This document shows, piece after piece, positions 14,547-27,205 of a DNA stretch of 64,000 nucleotides (within the stretch, counting starts at the first letter, position 1; every line of letters starts with the position of its first letter). Origin of the DNA: the human T2T-CHM13v2.0 reference genome, Homo sapiens. The translations under genes were made by a program, and so were the position numbers. The DNA lies in NCBI RefSeq assembly GCF_009914755.1, contig NC_060945.1, one strand, 5' to 3'. Below the pieces are notes generated by a model. That model saw only the letters and a program-made list of their open reading frames with translations, was not told where the DNA came from and ran no database searches.

Positions 14547-14797
14547 TAGTGTGTGTATACATATATATGTATATATACACACTAACTAGTGTATATATAC
14601 ACTAATTGTTAGTGTGTGTTTATGTATATAGTGTGTGTATATATACACTAATTGTTAGTGTGTGTATGTATATAGTGTGTGTGTATATATACACTAATTG
14701 TTAGTGTGTGTGTATGTATATAATGTGTGTGTATATATGTATATATATACACTAATTGTTAATGTGTGTGTATGTATATAGTGTGTGTGTATATATA
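14547..14797 (+). repeat. TA/TG-rich minisatellite, ~40-55 bp unit, about 5 copies
   Basis: Recurrent core TATATACACTAATTGTTAGTGTGTG. Confidence 0.92.
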
Positions 14798-14840
14798 GCC
14801 TGGATTTGCTGGCCAGACAGGGTTATGTTTGTCTCTGCTA

Positions 14841-15098
14841 TTTTTTTTATCATACTTTAAGTTTTAGGGTACATGTGCACAACGTGCAGGTTTGTTACCT
14901 ATGTATACATGTGCCATGTTGGTGTGCTGCACCCATTAACTCGTCATTTAACATTAGGTATATCTCCTAATGCTATCTCTCCCACCTCCCCCGACCCCCC
15001 AGCAGGCCCCGGTGTGTGATGTTCCCCTTCCTGTGTCCTTGTGTTATCATTGTTCAATTCCCACCTATGAGTGAGAACATGCAGTGTTTGGTTTTTTG
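14841..15098 (-). mobile_element. L1PA (PA4/5-like) 3' end
   Basis: TACTTTAAGTTTTAGGGTACATGTGCACAACGTGCAGG...CCCACCTATGAGTGAGAACATG; TGCTA on both flanks. Confidence 0.94.
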
Positions 15099-18000
15099 TG
15101 CTAGATGTTTTAATATCATAAAAGTATGAGTTTGATCTAAGAACAAAGGTACAGATGAAAGTGCAATGCAGTGCCCATTGTTTCCTATATATAAAGCACA
15201 CCAATTTAACCTTCAGAAATTTTCTCGACAGGAAAATTACTTAAAATAACAACTAGCTCTGTTTAATATCTCAGTTTTCACAAGTAATCTAGGTAGAATT
15301 GTTAGAAATAAATAAATTAGATAAATGTAAATGAGATAAATGTTTATAGTTTTTTATAGTATGAAATTTTAAAGTTATGTTGAATTTAATAATAGATATT
15401 CATAAAATCTGAGTAATTTCTAAATAAATAAATAAGATAATGAAACAATTGCCCAACATAGATTAAAGTTTATTTAGTTTTGGCTTTTTAAACCTCATAA
15501 AAAGACAAATATTTGGATACATTAACAAAATGTCCTGTTCCACATTAAAAGTTGTTCTATAAAATCTATTAAGATGATAGATTACGTATTCATGAGATGT
15601 TAATATATAACAGTTTTAAATTACTTACTTTTCAGTTTTTTACTAAAAATTAAGATTTCTAATAATTAAAAGTTCTAATTAATATGTTATTCTATATAAA
15701 AAACATACAAAAAATAATTTTTATATGAGAAAGAAATTTGTATAGTCTCAACGATAAAGAGAAAAAAGGTAAAATTTTGCCCAAAGGCAAAATGATTGGT
15801 TATTCCGGTATAAAAAAACAGAAAGTATAGAACAAAGACTGAGAGTTCAAGAGAATGATGGAAAATGTAAGTCGGTCATGGAGAGTTTCAGAAGGATGGG
15901 TCTCGTAAAGGGACTTTCTTACATGATGAGATTGGCTGGGTTGGAAGGGAATTGTTGATAAGTTTCTCTAAGAATTGAGCATTGGTGTCAGGCGTGCACT
16001 CATGTAGGGCCGAAGCCTGATCCTCTCTGTTTGAAACAGCAGGATTTCTTGGAATGTCAATTTTCCCGTAGTAAAGAAAAATTGCAAGAGGTTTTGGTTT
16101 TAATTTTGAAATGTTTATTTACATTTGAAACCATTATCTGAACAACAACTTTTTCTGGTTTTATACTTTCTACCTGATTTCAAGTTGGAAGTGCTGTCTT
16201 CTTTATTTAAAATTATAATTTCATGTCTCAAGGTAGCGCTTTTCTCTTAAAGCTTTTCAGATTCACATCCCCAGGTTCAGCATTTTATGGATCTCACTAC
16301 AGGTGATTTGTAGATCATGCACTCTTGCCTTCTGCTCGTCTTCCTTCTCTCTGAAAAGGTGTATCTTTTTGCTTAACAAAAGATATGACTCTCTCCCTCA
16401 ATTATTTTTGTCAGTTCCTATAGCTTTTTATTGTTGTCCTGACTCTGCTATTATGGTCTCATCCTGAGAATCTTCTTAAAAGCCTAGAAGAACAATGCTT
16501 CCTATAGTATAACTTGATTGTATACTCTTGGCTTTTCTTAATGTGTGTAAATTTTTTCTGCATAATCAGTCAATTTAACATGCTTTTACTTTTTCCTAAA
16601 GTTATGCATTCCCCTGTTTAGGTACTGGTTTTCTTGCTTATATTATTCTTCCATAATATGATATATACTCCATAACCTTGGACACATATTCTTTTCATGT
16701 CTAACTGAATTCAAACACCTTTTCAGGACGTTTGGCTTTCAGATTATTCAAACAGGCTTTCCATGATGAGAAGCAGTCATACTGCAGGATTTTTTTTTTT
16801 TTTTTTACTTTTTAAGGAATTAGCCTAAGAAACAGATATTTTGTATTTTAAGGTAGTATCTTATGCTTCGTGCTGTCTTTATTAGGTTTTTGGCTACTTG
16901 AGAAAATTAAGTCATCTCTAACACTGGTTTAAGTTTTCTTTTCTCTCTCAATTATGCCATTTATTGTTTTTGCTTTTGAAGTCTTTTAATTATCACTCAT
17001 TAAATAAAATAACTATTATCTCTCAATGAAATTTGCTTATATTTTAATTAAATGTTTTAAGCCTTTTAACATCTTTGACAAACTTTCCCAAAATGAAATT
17101 CTAATTTGTCTTTTTAATCTAAAATTGACTTTGGAATTCACAGTTGGACCACTGGAAAGATTAAAAGGATGTATCTCTCATTAGGCTTATTAGATATGGT
17201 GGTTTGTATTAAAAGCATTATCAAATAAAAAAAGCAATACTAAATATTATTTAAATTATATTTATATGGCTATGTTATTGATGTGAAAGTACTAAAGATT
17301 ATATAAAATTTATAAAGGTCTACTGGTCCTGTTTTGATGTATCACTCATGATTCTGGTTGTTGTCTTAAAATTTTGTATGCAATAGAAGCTCCTGAATTT
17401 TCCTGTTTATTGCAGAATTCTCATTATATTGTAACTATGGCTTTACTAAGAAAAATCATCTATAGTGGTGATTCATTTCTAAAGGCAATTGCAATCAGAT
17501 TCATAAAAAAGTCTCTAACAAGTACTCATAAATATGTTTCTAATAACTTTAAGAAAAGTGGACTAAATAAAAATTTCCAAAACTAATAAAAAAAGATGGA
17601 TTAATAAAAGAAATCAAGATCAAGCAAAACAAAAATTACTTACATGAGAATATATAACTGATAAAAAATTATGAATTGTGTGACTTTTGTTTGAAACATT
17701 GTTGATTCTTTACTTAAATGTTTTGTTTTCCAGATTTAAGAAAGCTTTCTTGAGCTACCTATAATTTACAGTAATCTGGTATGCTTTTATGAACAAAAGT
17801 GAAAGCATTTACTTTTGCTTCCTACTGATCCCTCCAAAATTTGAAAACTTTTTGTATTTTTTAATTTTATGACAATATATTTACATAAGTTCAATAAAAA
17901 TACGTTTTTTACAATAGGATGTAACTAGAATGTTAATTATATTACCAAGGCTTAAGATATTATACTTTAAAATGTTGATATATACTACAGATAAAATCTG

Positions 18001-18652
18001 AAGCCTGCCTTGATTTGGTTTCCCAGCCTCAACATTTTGTTAAAGAGATCCAGTCTGAGCTTCAGTCATTGTTCTTGCTATACTTACATAAATACTTAGG
18101 TCAAACCAGACAAAGCTAAATCTATTTTACAAACAAATTTATTTTCCTCTAATTATGTTCAGTAAAAATTGAAATGTCTATAACAACTCTGTTATTGTAC
18201 TGTAGCCCTGTACATTGTTTTCAAGTTTTTATTATCAACCTGTAGACTGGACTGAATCTTAAATTCTTCTATGTTCCTCTAATCCAATTTTCTCCTATGT
18301 GATTACTAAGAACAGAAACTGCTCTTTCTTAAGGCCCTATAAACTAAACTCAATGACTTAATACAAATTTCAAGGACAAGCTTCATGCTTGATGCATGGG
18401 CCACACAGTGAGTTCATTAAACTACCCAATGCCATAACCAGAGACATTTGACATTTGAACTGTAAAATTTCTAACTTCACGATGTAAACAATTTTTCCCG
18501 AGACCATCAGAACAAGACTCCATATTATGAGACTCTTACCCCTCTTAATGCCTACCTTTTGCACTTGACAGGATAATGCTGTAATTAAAATTTCACAATC
18601 AGTAACTGCTGTGGTTAAGTTGACAGAACTTGACATCAGAAATCCTTTAGTC

Positions 18653-18887
<235 letters not shown>

Positions 18888-19054
18888 TTAGTCTACCTGG
18901 TAAGTAACTTTGGCAATATCCCTAACACCAATATTTGTTTCAGTTCACTAGTGGTCCCTTTTATAGAGTCGGCACTTTTTTCTTTAATTCAACCCAGTCA
19001 TGATATGCTGTAGCATATCATGAGGACAACAGGTTTCACCCAGCTCCCCAACGG

Positions 19055-19203
19055 TCTTTTGATTTGTTTAGTTGATTACTCTTAGGTTTGAGCTTTTAGT
19101 CCAAAACCATTGTACAAACTGAATATATGTACTATATTGTTGCTGATTATTTTTTGTATTATGATTTTTAAGCTCTGTTCTTGTTGCCTATCAAATATTT
19201 GTA
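19055..19203 (+). pseudogene. ERV env transmembrane-subunit remnant
   Basis: Translates SFDLFS*LLLGLSF*SKTIVQTE, then after a frameshift ILLLIIFCIMIFKLCSCCLS; lies just upstream of the PPT and 3' LTR. Confidence 0.6.
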
Positions 19204-19497
19204 AAGCCAGTTCTCCCAACAGAATAATGTTAGCCCAATGCTAATGTTCATGGGACTAATAAGATAGGATTTAACTCTAAATTTCAAGCAAATCTGTCCT
19301 AAGAGGTTTTTTTAACCTTTCTGATCTCTTTGTTGCTCAAATGTGGTCTCTGTCCTTGATATTGATTCTCTTAGTTTCCCCCAATACGGGACCAGAGATC
19401 ACCAAATCCATCCTGTTACCAAGAGACAAGTGAGCCTAACTTCAGGCTAGTTGTCCAGTGATGCTTTCAGAGAAAGATCTTGATCAAGAGAGAGAAA

Positions 19498-19967
19498 TGT
19501 GAAAATTGACTATATAAATTAAGATTATCTTTCCATACCCTACTCAATTAGAGTCAAGAGTACAGAGGGAAAAAGCACTTGGGGACCAAAGCACCTGCCC
19601 AAGGATTATTTCAAAAACCAGCTGCTGAAATGAATTGCTACAACATTAAGACCAGTTTCACCTAGTAGCTGCTGAAATAAACTACCATGACTCTAAGACT
19701 AGTGTAACCTACCACCATCACTCACAAATTACAGCTTGCCAGCTCCCCAAAACTTCACTAGTGCCAATGAGTGCCACTGAGTTTTCTTTCAAAACAATAT
19801 GTAACATTTCTTTTTCTACTAACATTAAAACTCCCCAAATTCTCATTTTAATTTAGGCATACTGAAGACCACCTTGATCTCTGTAAATGCCCCAAATTGC
19901 AATTCTGTTTTCCTAAGTAAATGTTTTGTTTAAAAATTTGTCTCTATATTTTTATTTGATTTTGAAA
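19498..19967 (+). mobile_element. 3' LTR of the provirus
   Basis: Preceded by PPT AAGAGAGAGAAA; homologous to the 5' LTR. Confidence 0.9.
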
Positions 19968-20588
19968 CCATTAATATTACTGATTAAAGTCAGATACTTG
20001 GCTTCAAGCTCATAAGACATACTTTTTTTAGGAATATATTTGTATGCATTTGATTCATAACATGTCTATATATTGGAAAGTACATATATAACAATATAAG
20101 CATAAATATACATAAATAAACAAATATAATATACATAAATAGTATGTATAATAGTATATAAAATGAAAAAATCTTTTTCAAAATATAAAATACATAAAAT
20201 AGGTATGTAAAATATATAAATATATAAAATGTATTTTTAAATTTCTGAAGATTAAATTACTACCCCCATATAGGTATGGTATAAAAATTATTTTTGAGAC
20301 ATATACAGCTCTATCTCCATTGAGCCATATTATTGTAAGGTAATAGAGGGAAGATTTAACTCATTTTATTTAAACATGCTCCAAAGCAATTTTTATTTCC
20401 ACTATAACAACTGACAGTGTTGAGTCAAGTGAGAGCTGGGGAAGAAAACAGCCTAGGATGAGCATGCCTTCATGTCCCAGCTACTAAACAGAGTTCAGGC
20501 CCAGCAGAGCTTCATTTGTAAAAAGTTCTGCCTACAGCCAGGACAGACGCAGTGAGAGGAGTGGTCTCCAACTGATTTCTATATTTAG

Positions 20589-21107
20589 TATGGTAGGTTA
20601 AATAATGGCTCCCTCAAAGATATCCAAATCCTAATCTTTGGAATCTGTAGGCATGTTACTTTACATGGCAAAAGATTCCTTGCAGATGTGACTAAATTAA
20701 GGATATTGAGATGGAAAATTATTGTAATAACCCAGGTTGGCCCAATGTAATCACAGGGGTCCTTATAAGAGGGAAGCAGGTGGATCAAATTCATCAGTGG
20801 GAGATATGACAAGGAAAGCAGAGGTCAGAGTGGGAGAGAGATTTGAAGATGTTACACTGTGCATCTCAAAAATGGAGAAAGGTGCCAAAGCCAAGATAAT
20901 GCAGGTGATCTCTAGGAGCTAAAAACATTAAAGAAACAAATTCTCTCTACAGTCTCCAAAACAAACAATTCCTCTAGCTCCTTCACTTTAGAACTGTAAG
21001 GCTGACTTTTTACTCTTGACCTCCAAAATTATATGATAACAAATTCATGTTGTTTAAACCACTAAGTTTGTACTAATTTGTTACAGCAGCAATTGGAATA
21101 TAATACA
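20589..21107 (+). mobile_element. MLT1D-like solo LTR
   Basis: TGGTAGGTTAAATAATGGCTCC...TTTGTTACAGCAGCAATTGGAATATAATACA; TSD TTTAG/CTTAG. Confidence 0.88.
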
Positions 21108-21259
21108 CTTAGATTGTGATAGAATATTCTTCATAGGTAAGCACTCTCCCATCCCCCACCTCCTTATGCAAGATGTACTCTCTGCCCCTTGACATTGGAT
21201 TTTGTCACATGACTTTTTGACCAAAAGGATATTACTGAACGTAGTAGATGTAATGTGAC

Positions 21260-24039
21260 TATATTAAGCTGTTCTTGCATTGCTATCAATAGATATCAGA
21301 GACTGGGTAATTTATAAAGAAAAGAGGTTTAATTGGCTTATGGTTCTGCAGGCTTTACAAGAAGTGCGGTACTGGCATCTGCTTGGCTTCTAGGGAGGTC
21401 TGAGGTAGCTTACATCATGGCAGAAGGCAAAGGGAATGCAGGCACATCACATGATAAGAGCATGAGAGTGAGAGAGTGCATTGTAGGTGAGGAGGTACCA
21501 CACGCTTTTAAACGACCAGACCTCATGAGAATGCACATCATGAAGACAGCACCACGCCATGAGGGATCCACCCCCAAGATCCAAACACCTCCCACCAGGC
21601 CCCACCTTCAGCACTGGGGATTACAATTCAACATGAGGTTGTGGGGAGTGGGGCAAATGTCCAAACCATATCATTCTGTCCCAGCCCCTCCCAAATCTCA
21701 TGTCTTTCTGACATTGCAAAATATAATCATACCTTCCCAACACTTCCCCACATTTTAAACTCATTCCAGCATTAACTCAAAAGTCCAAAGTCCAAAGCTG
21801 GGTGCTGTGGCTCTCGTCTATAATCCCAGCACTTTGAGAGGCCGAGGTAAGCAGATCACCTGAGGTCAGGAGTTTGAGACCAGCCTGGCCAACATGGGGA
21901 AACCCCATCTCTACTAAAGCTACGAAAATCAGCCAGGCGTGATGGCATGTGCCTGTAATCCCAGCTCCTTGGGAGGCTGATAGAGGAGAATCGCTTGAAC
22001 CTGGGAGATGGAGGTTGCAGTGAGCCAAGACCACACCATTGTGATGAGAGTGAAACTCCATATCAAAAAAAAAAAAAAAATCCAAAACCCAAAGCATCAT
22101 CTGAGACAAAGCAAGTCCCTTTCACCTATGAGCCCATAATAACCAAAACAAATTAGCTACTTCCAAGATACAATGGGGATGTAGGCATTGGGTAAATGTT
22201 CTCATTCCAAAAGGGGGAAATCAGCCAAAAGAAAGTGGCTGCAAACCCCATGCAAGTTTGAAACCCAGCAGGTTACTCATTAAATTTTGAAGCTCCAAAA
22301 GAATCTCTTTAGGCTCCATGTCCCACATCCAGGGCACATTGGTGTAAGGGACGGGCTCCCAAAGCCTTAAGCAGTTCTGTCCCTGTGGCCTTGCAGGGTT
22401 AGCCCCCAAGGCTGCTCTCATAGGCTGGAGTTGTGTGCCTGTGGCTTTTCCAGGTGCAGGGTGCAAGCTGCTGGTCTATATAACATTCTCTGGTCTGCAA
22501 GATCATGGCCCATTTCTCACAGCTTCACTAGGCAGTGCCCTAGTGGGAACTCTGTGTGGAGCCTCCAACTCCATATGTTCTTTCCACACTGCCCTGGTAG
22601 AGGGTCTATGTGAGGCCTTTTCCCCTGCAACGGGCTTCTGCCTGGATGCCAGGTTTTTCTATATATCCTCTGAAATCTAGGTAGAGGCCTTCAAGCCTTC
22701 TTCATTTTTGTATTCTGTGCACCTGCAGGCTTAACACCACATTGAAGCAGCTTATGGCTTGCATTCACCCAAGTGGCCAACTTGAGCTATACCTGGGCCC
22801 CTTTGAGCCAAGGCTGGAGCTGGAGCAGCCTGGAGGTGGGGGCCAGTGTCCCAATACTACACAGGGCAGTGGGACCCTGGGCCAGGCCCAGAAAACCATT
22901 CTTCCCTCCTACATCTCAGGGCCTGTGATGGAAGGGGCTGCCAAAAGGTCTCCAAAATGCCTTCAAGGCCTTTTTTCCCGTTGTCTGTGATATTAACATT
23001 TGGCTCCCTCTTAATTATGCAAATATCTCCAGTAAGTAGTTGCTCCACAGCTTGCTTGAATTCCTCTCCCAAAAAATCTTTTTCTTTCTCTGCCTCATGG
23101 CCAGAGTGCAAATGTTCCTAACTTTTATGTTCTGCTTCCCTTTTAAATTTAGGTTCCAACTTGAAAGTCATTTCTTTGCTTCTGCAATTGAGCATAGGCT
23201 GTTTGAAGCAGCCAGGCCACAACATCTTGAACACTTTGCTGCTTAGGATTTTTTTTTTTTTTTTTTTTTTGCCAGATACCCTGAATCATCACTATGAAGT
23301 TTAAACTTCCACAGATCCCTAGTGCATGAACAGAATGCAGCCAAGCTCTTTGCTAAGGCATAACACACATGACCTTTGCTCCAGTACCCAGTAAGTTCCT
23401 CATTTCCATCTCATACCTTGTCACCTGGACTTCACTGTTCATATCACTATTAGTATTTTTATTATGACCATTTAACCACTTTCTTAGAAGTTCCCAACTT
23501 TCTCTCATCTTCCTGTCTTCTTCTGAGCCCTCCAAACTCTTCTAACCTCTGCCTGTTACCCAGTTCCAAAGCTGCTTCCATATCTTTATAGCAATGCCAA
23601 CTCCTCAGTACTGGTTTTTCTGTATTAGACCATTCTTGCATTGCTATAAAAGAAATACCTGAGACTGAGAAATTTATAGAGAAAAGAGGTTTAACTGGCT
23701 TATGATTCTGCAGGCTTTAAAGGAAGCATGGTGCTGGCATCTCCTCAGCTTCTAAGGGAAGTGTCAGGAAGCTTACAATCACGGCAGAAGGCAAAGGGGG
23801 AGCAGGCACGTCATATGGCAAAAGTAGGAGTGAGAGAGAGAAAGAGATTGGGTGGGGGAGAGGTGCCACATATTTTTAAATGACCAGATCTCATGAAAAT
23901 TTACTATCACAAAGACAGCACTAAGCCACGAGGCATCCACCCCATGATCTAAACACCTCCCAACCAGGCCACACCTCCAGCACTGGGGATTACAATTCCA
24001 CATAAGACTTGGTAAGGAACAAATATCCAAACTATCTCA
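21260..24039 (-). mobile_element. Complete MST (MSTA/MSTB) MaLR provirus: LTR-int-LTR
   Basis: LTRs 21260-21673 and 23621-24039 flank typical MST-internal sequence; appears inserted in an older MLT1 (remnants ~21130-21259 and 24040-24312). Confidence 0.92.
21797..22080 (+). mobile_element. AluSx-like, nested in MST-int
   Basis: GATCACCTGAGGTCAGGAGTTTGAG; short deletion near the 3' end; poly(A). Confidence 0.93.
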
Positions 24040-26552
24040 ATGAGCAAAGTTTAATGAGCGATTAGGCTTGCCCCACCCTTGTCATCATTGTGAGAAGAGC
24101 TGTCCCTGGTTAGCTGCTGCTCCTTCAGCCAGCCCCAGAAGAAATAGGCACACAATAGAAATGCCCCCACAAAAAACTCTCAGTTTACCCAAATCTGAAG
24201 CTGAGCTCTCTGCCAAGCCCAGCCAAAAACAGCTAACCCCAGACAACCCATACATCTTTAAAACTGATGAGTTTTGTTTTAAACCACAGCATTTTGGCAG
24301 CACTAATAGTTGAAGGGTGCACAGATCATCCTTCAACATAGGAAGTGATCAGTGTAAAGTCTACATTCTTCTCCCCTTTCTCCAATCAACTAAGACTGAG
24401 CACAGGACTCCCAGATGTCTAATGGAAATACTCTTACTGAATGCATAGTCCTAATGGAAGCAAAAATAGGCACTGTGCTCCCTGAAGAGGGCTGCAATCT
24501 CCACAGGAGCATGGTCATGAAGATGTAAAACTCATCTTTCCTCAGACTATGGTCACCTTATGGCTAGGCTACCTGATAACCTTGTACCCTTATTCTCAGC
24601 CTTTTGGAAAACAATTTTGTAAAAAAAATAAATAAATAAGGACATTTCTATTCCTGAAGCTGAGTTATCAAAGAAGCTTAAAGTAGTAACTTACATTTAA
24701 ATATAGCATTCTTAACTTTCTCCAGAGTTCTTCTCAATCACAATAAAGAAATGTATACATACATAAGGCATAAAACATCTACAAAATGTTATTTCAGGAT
24801 ATCTACTTGCATTACATTTCACATAGGTTATCTCATTTTATCCTCACCCCCATTTGTCTGGTGTTATCTTCCTAACATATTATGGATGAAAAAAGGTAGC
24901 TTTAGGAGTTTGTGGGCCCTTCCATTTTCGCAGTAACCGATGTGTTTTGCTACCTCAGGGTCTCCGTATTGCTTTCTACTGTATGGAAACTGAGACCCAG
25001 AGGTTTAGAGTCTTCTTATAGTCACGCAGTTGGTCGGGGTGGTAGAGATGGGTTTCCTAACACACAGGCTGCAATTCTTTATTCTTTGGACTACCTTATT
25101 TGTGCTTAATCCCCACAGTAAAGAGCAAAAGGAAAATATCTTGACAATCACAGCTGCCTTTGGCATTTGACAGTAAATCACATTTATCAGCTACCATTAT
25201 TCCAGAGTAATGAGATAAAGTGTGACATTCTTTTTAGATAACACAAAAAGTTCTTACATCTAAATTTTTTCAATCTCTGTCACTGATTTCTCAGAACACT
25301 GTCACCCTCTTCTGTGGTCACATAAAACTCATTTGGAACACATAATGTTTCTATTGACTTGCCTTTTTTTTCTATTTTCACTGTTCAGGGTAAAAATAAA
25401 GCTTTTGGGGGCTCAAAAATGTTTTTCACTGTTTTTATGGCAATGGTTTTTAGAGACAGAAATGATAGCAGTTTCCATATTCACATTGCCCAATAAACGT
25501 GTCGTCAAACGTTCTCAGAGAACTCTCATTAATCAAAATTAGTTATTTCTTCCATGCAAATGAGGAGGCCTTGAAATGATTTAAGCTGTGCTTGCAGTGA
25601 ATGCAATGTCAAAGTGAAAATGCTATTACATGTTTTCAGGGAATTGAAGATATCCCTCAATAATTTCTGGGTATGGATAACACTAGGAGATCTCTCTTCC
25701 CTGAAAATGGAAGACAAAGAGAAGGCATCTCACGTTTGAAGCAAAAACAGAAAAAGAAGGAAAAAAAAGCAACATCTTTAAAACAGACTTCAGAAAATAC
25801 ATAAATTAGATTTCACAGTTTATCTTGTGCTTATTTGAATCTGGTAGATATTGTCTTGAACATTCTATTGAAATCAGGAGATAATAAACAATGGAGAAAA
25901 TCAAAATGAAAGGTTAAGTCCTTGCATGTGTATGGATATGTGTCCCTGTGTGTGTTTTCTTCAAATGGGCAAACCAGCTTGTAGTTTCTTTCATCTGAAA
26001 CCTGCTTTGGCCCAGGCTGGCCCTTACAGAACTCCGGATAAACTACTTAGGTGGGATTTCTGGATTGGTTGCTGGAAATGTGATCTCAGTCTGCCCCTGA
26101 TTTCCTGTGTAATCTTGAGACCTTAATCTCTGCACCCTGTTTCCTCATCAGTAACTCTATTCAAACGCATGTGGTTGGGGGAAGGGTCACAAGAAGGCCA
26201 AGAGGCCAAAGAGGGAAATACAGGGATAATTTCTTTTAAGCATCGTAATGTAGATAGCCTGAATATCTCATCAAGTCTGAATGGGCCACACAGTTCTGCC
26301 AGGAGAATTCATTCTTAAAAGCAAGAAAGAGAAAATATTTTGTAGGTACATCTATCTGTATATCCAAAATCATTTGTAGTTCTCTAAAGTTAGGCTCTGA
26401 GTAAGAAATAGAACTCAGAGTGAATAGTATATGTTTCTACATATCTGTGATCCTCTCATCAATTAAGACCACAAAACAATCAGCTTGTAAGCAGAGAAAC
26501 AAGAGTGAGAATATTATTTAAATTGTGTTAGCTTTCTTAATGTTACTATGAT

Positions 26553-26712
26553 ACAGTGGTTTTCTACCCTGACTGTGCATTAGAATCTTATCTATATCTT
26601 TTAAAAAACGTAAATGTGTAAGCTCCACACCTGAACAACTGAATCAGAATTTCTGGGCGTACTATTAAATCTCTACAGGTAATTCTGATAAGCAGCCAAA
26701 GTTGGAAAATAT
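26553..26712. mobile_element. MER5-like MITE
   Basis: CAGTGGTTTTCTACCCTGACTGTGCATTAGAATC...CTGAATCAGAAT...CAGGTAATTCTGAT..GCAGCCAAAGTTG. Confidence 0.75.
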
Positions 26713-26974
26713 TTAGGCCTGAGTGATTTCTGTTTGTTTCAGAATGTAAAACAAACAAACAAACAATCTAATCACTGACTACTGTTTTTCTTGTTCACTT
26801 TTAAAACATTAAGTAGACATAGTCTGAATTGACCACTTGAGTTTCTGCCAAATTTCACAGCAGACATATTCTTGCCTGACATGGTCAAAAAAGTTATTTT
26901 ATGATTCAAATCCCTTCCACCCCATCAGACGGATAGTAGAATGAACATTAACCCTGAAAACATCTTCCTCTGAG

Positions 26975-27205
26975 TCAAGGTTTCTCGCCATTGGCAGTAT
27001 TGACATTTTGGGTTGGATAATTCTTTACTGTAGGGTCTGTCCTGTGCATAATAGGATAGGTAGCATCCCTGCCCTCTACCCACACAATGTGAGTAGCATA
27101 CCTCCTATCCCCAGTTGTGACGACTAAAAATGTCTCCCATCGTGGCTGACTGCCCCATGGAGGGCAAAATCAAGGGCAAAATGAGCTCCCATTGAGAACC
27201 ATTAC
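26975..27205. mobile_element. MER20
   Basis: TATTGACATTTTGGGTTGGATAATTCTTT...CCAGTTGTGACGACTAAAAATGTCTCC...TTGAGAACCA. Confidence 0.9.

Noticed and set aside
14547-14797. CRISPR-like repeat/spacer appearance
   Set aside because: Eukaryotic context, and the 'spacers' are TA/TG low-complexity; this is a minisatellite.
20040-20260. Very AT-rich tract with a hydrophobic ORF (19990-20181)
   Set aside because: Low-complexity DNA; the hydrophobicity is a codon artefact.
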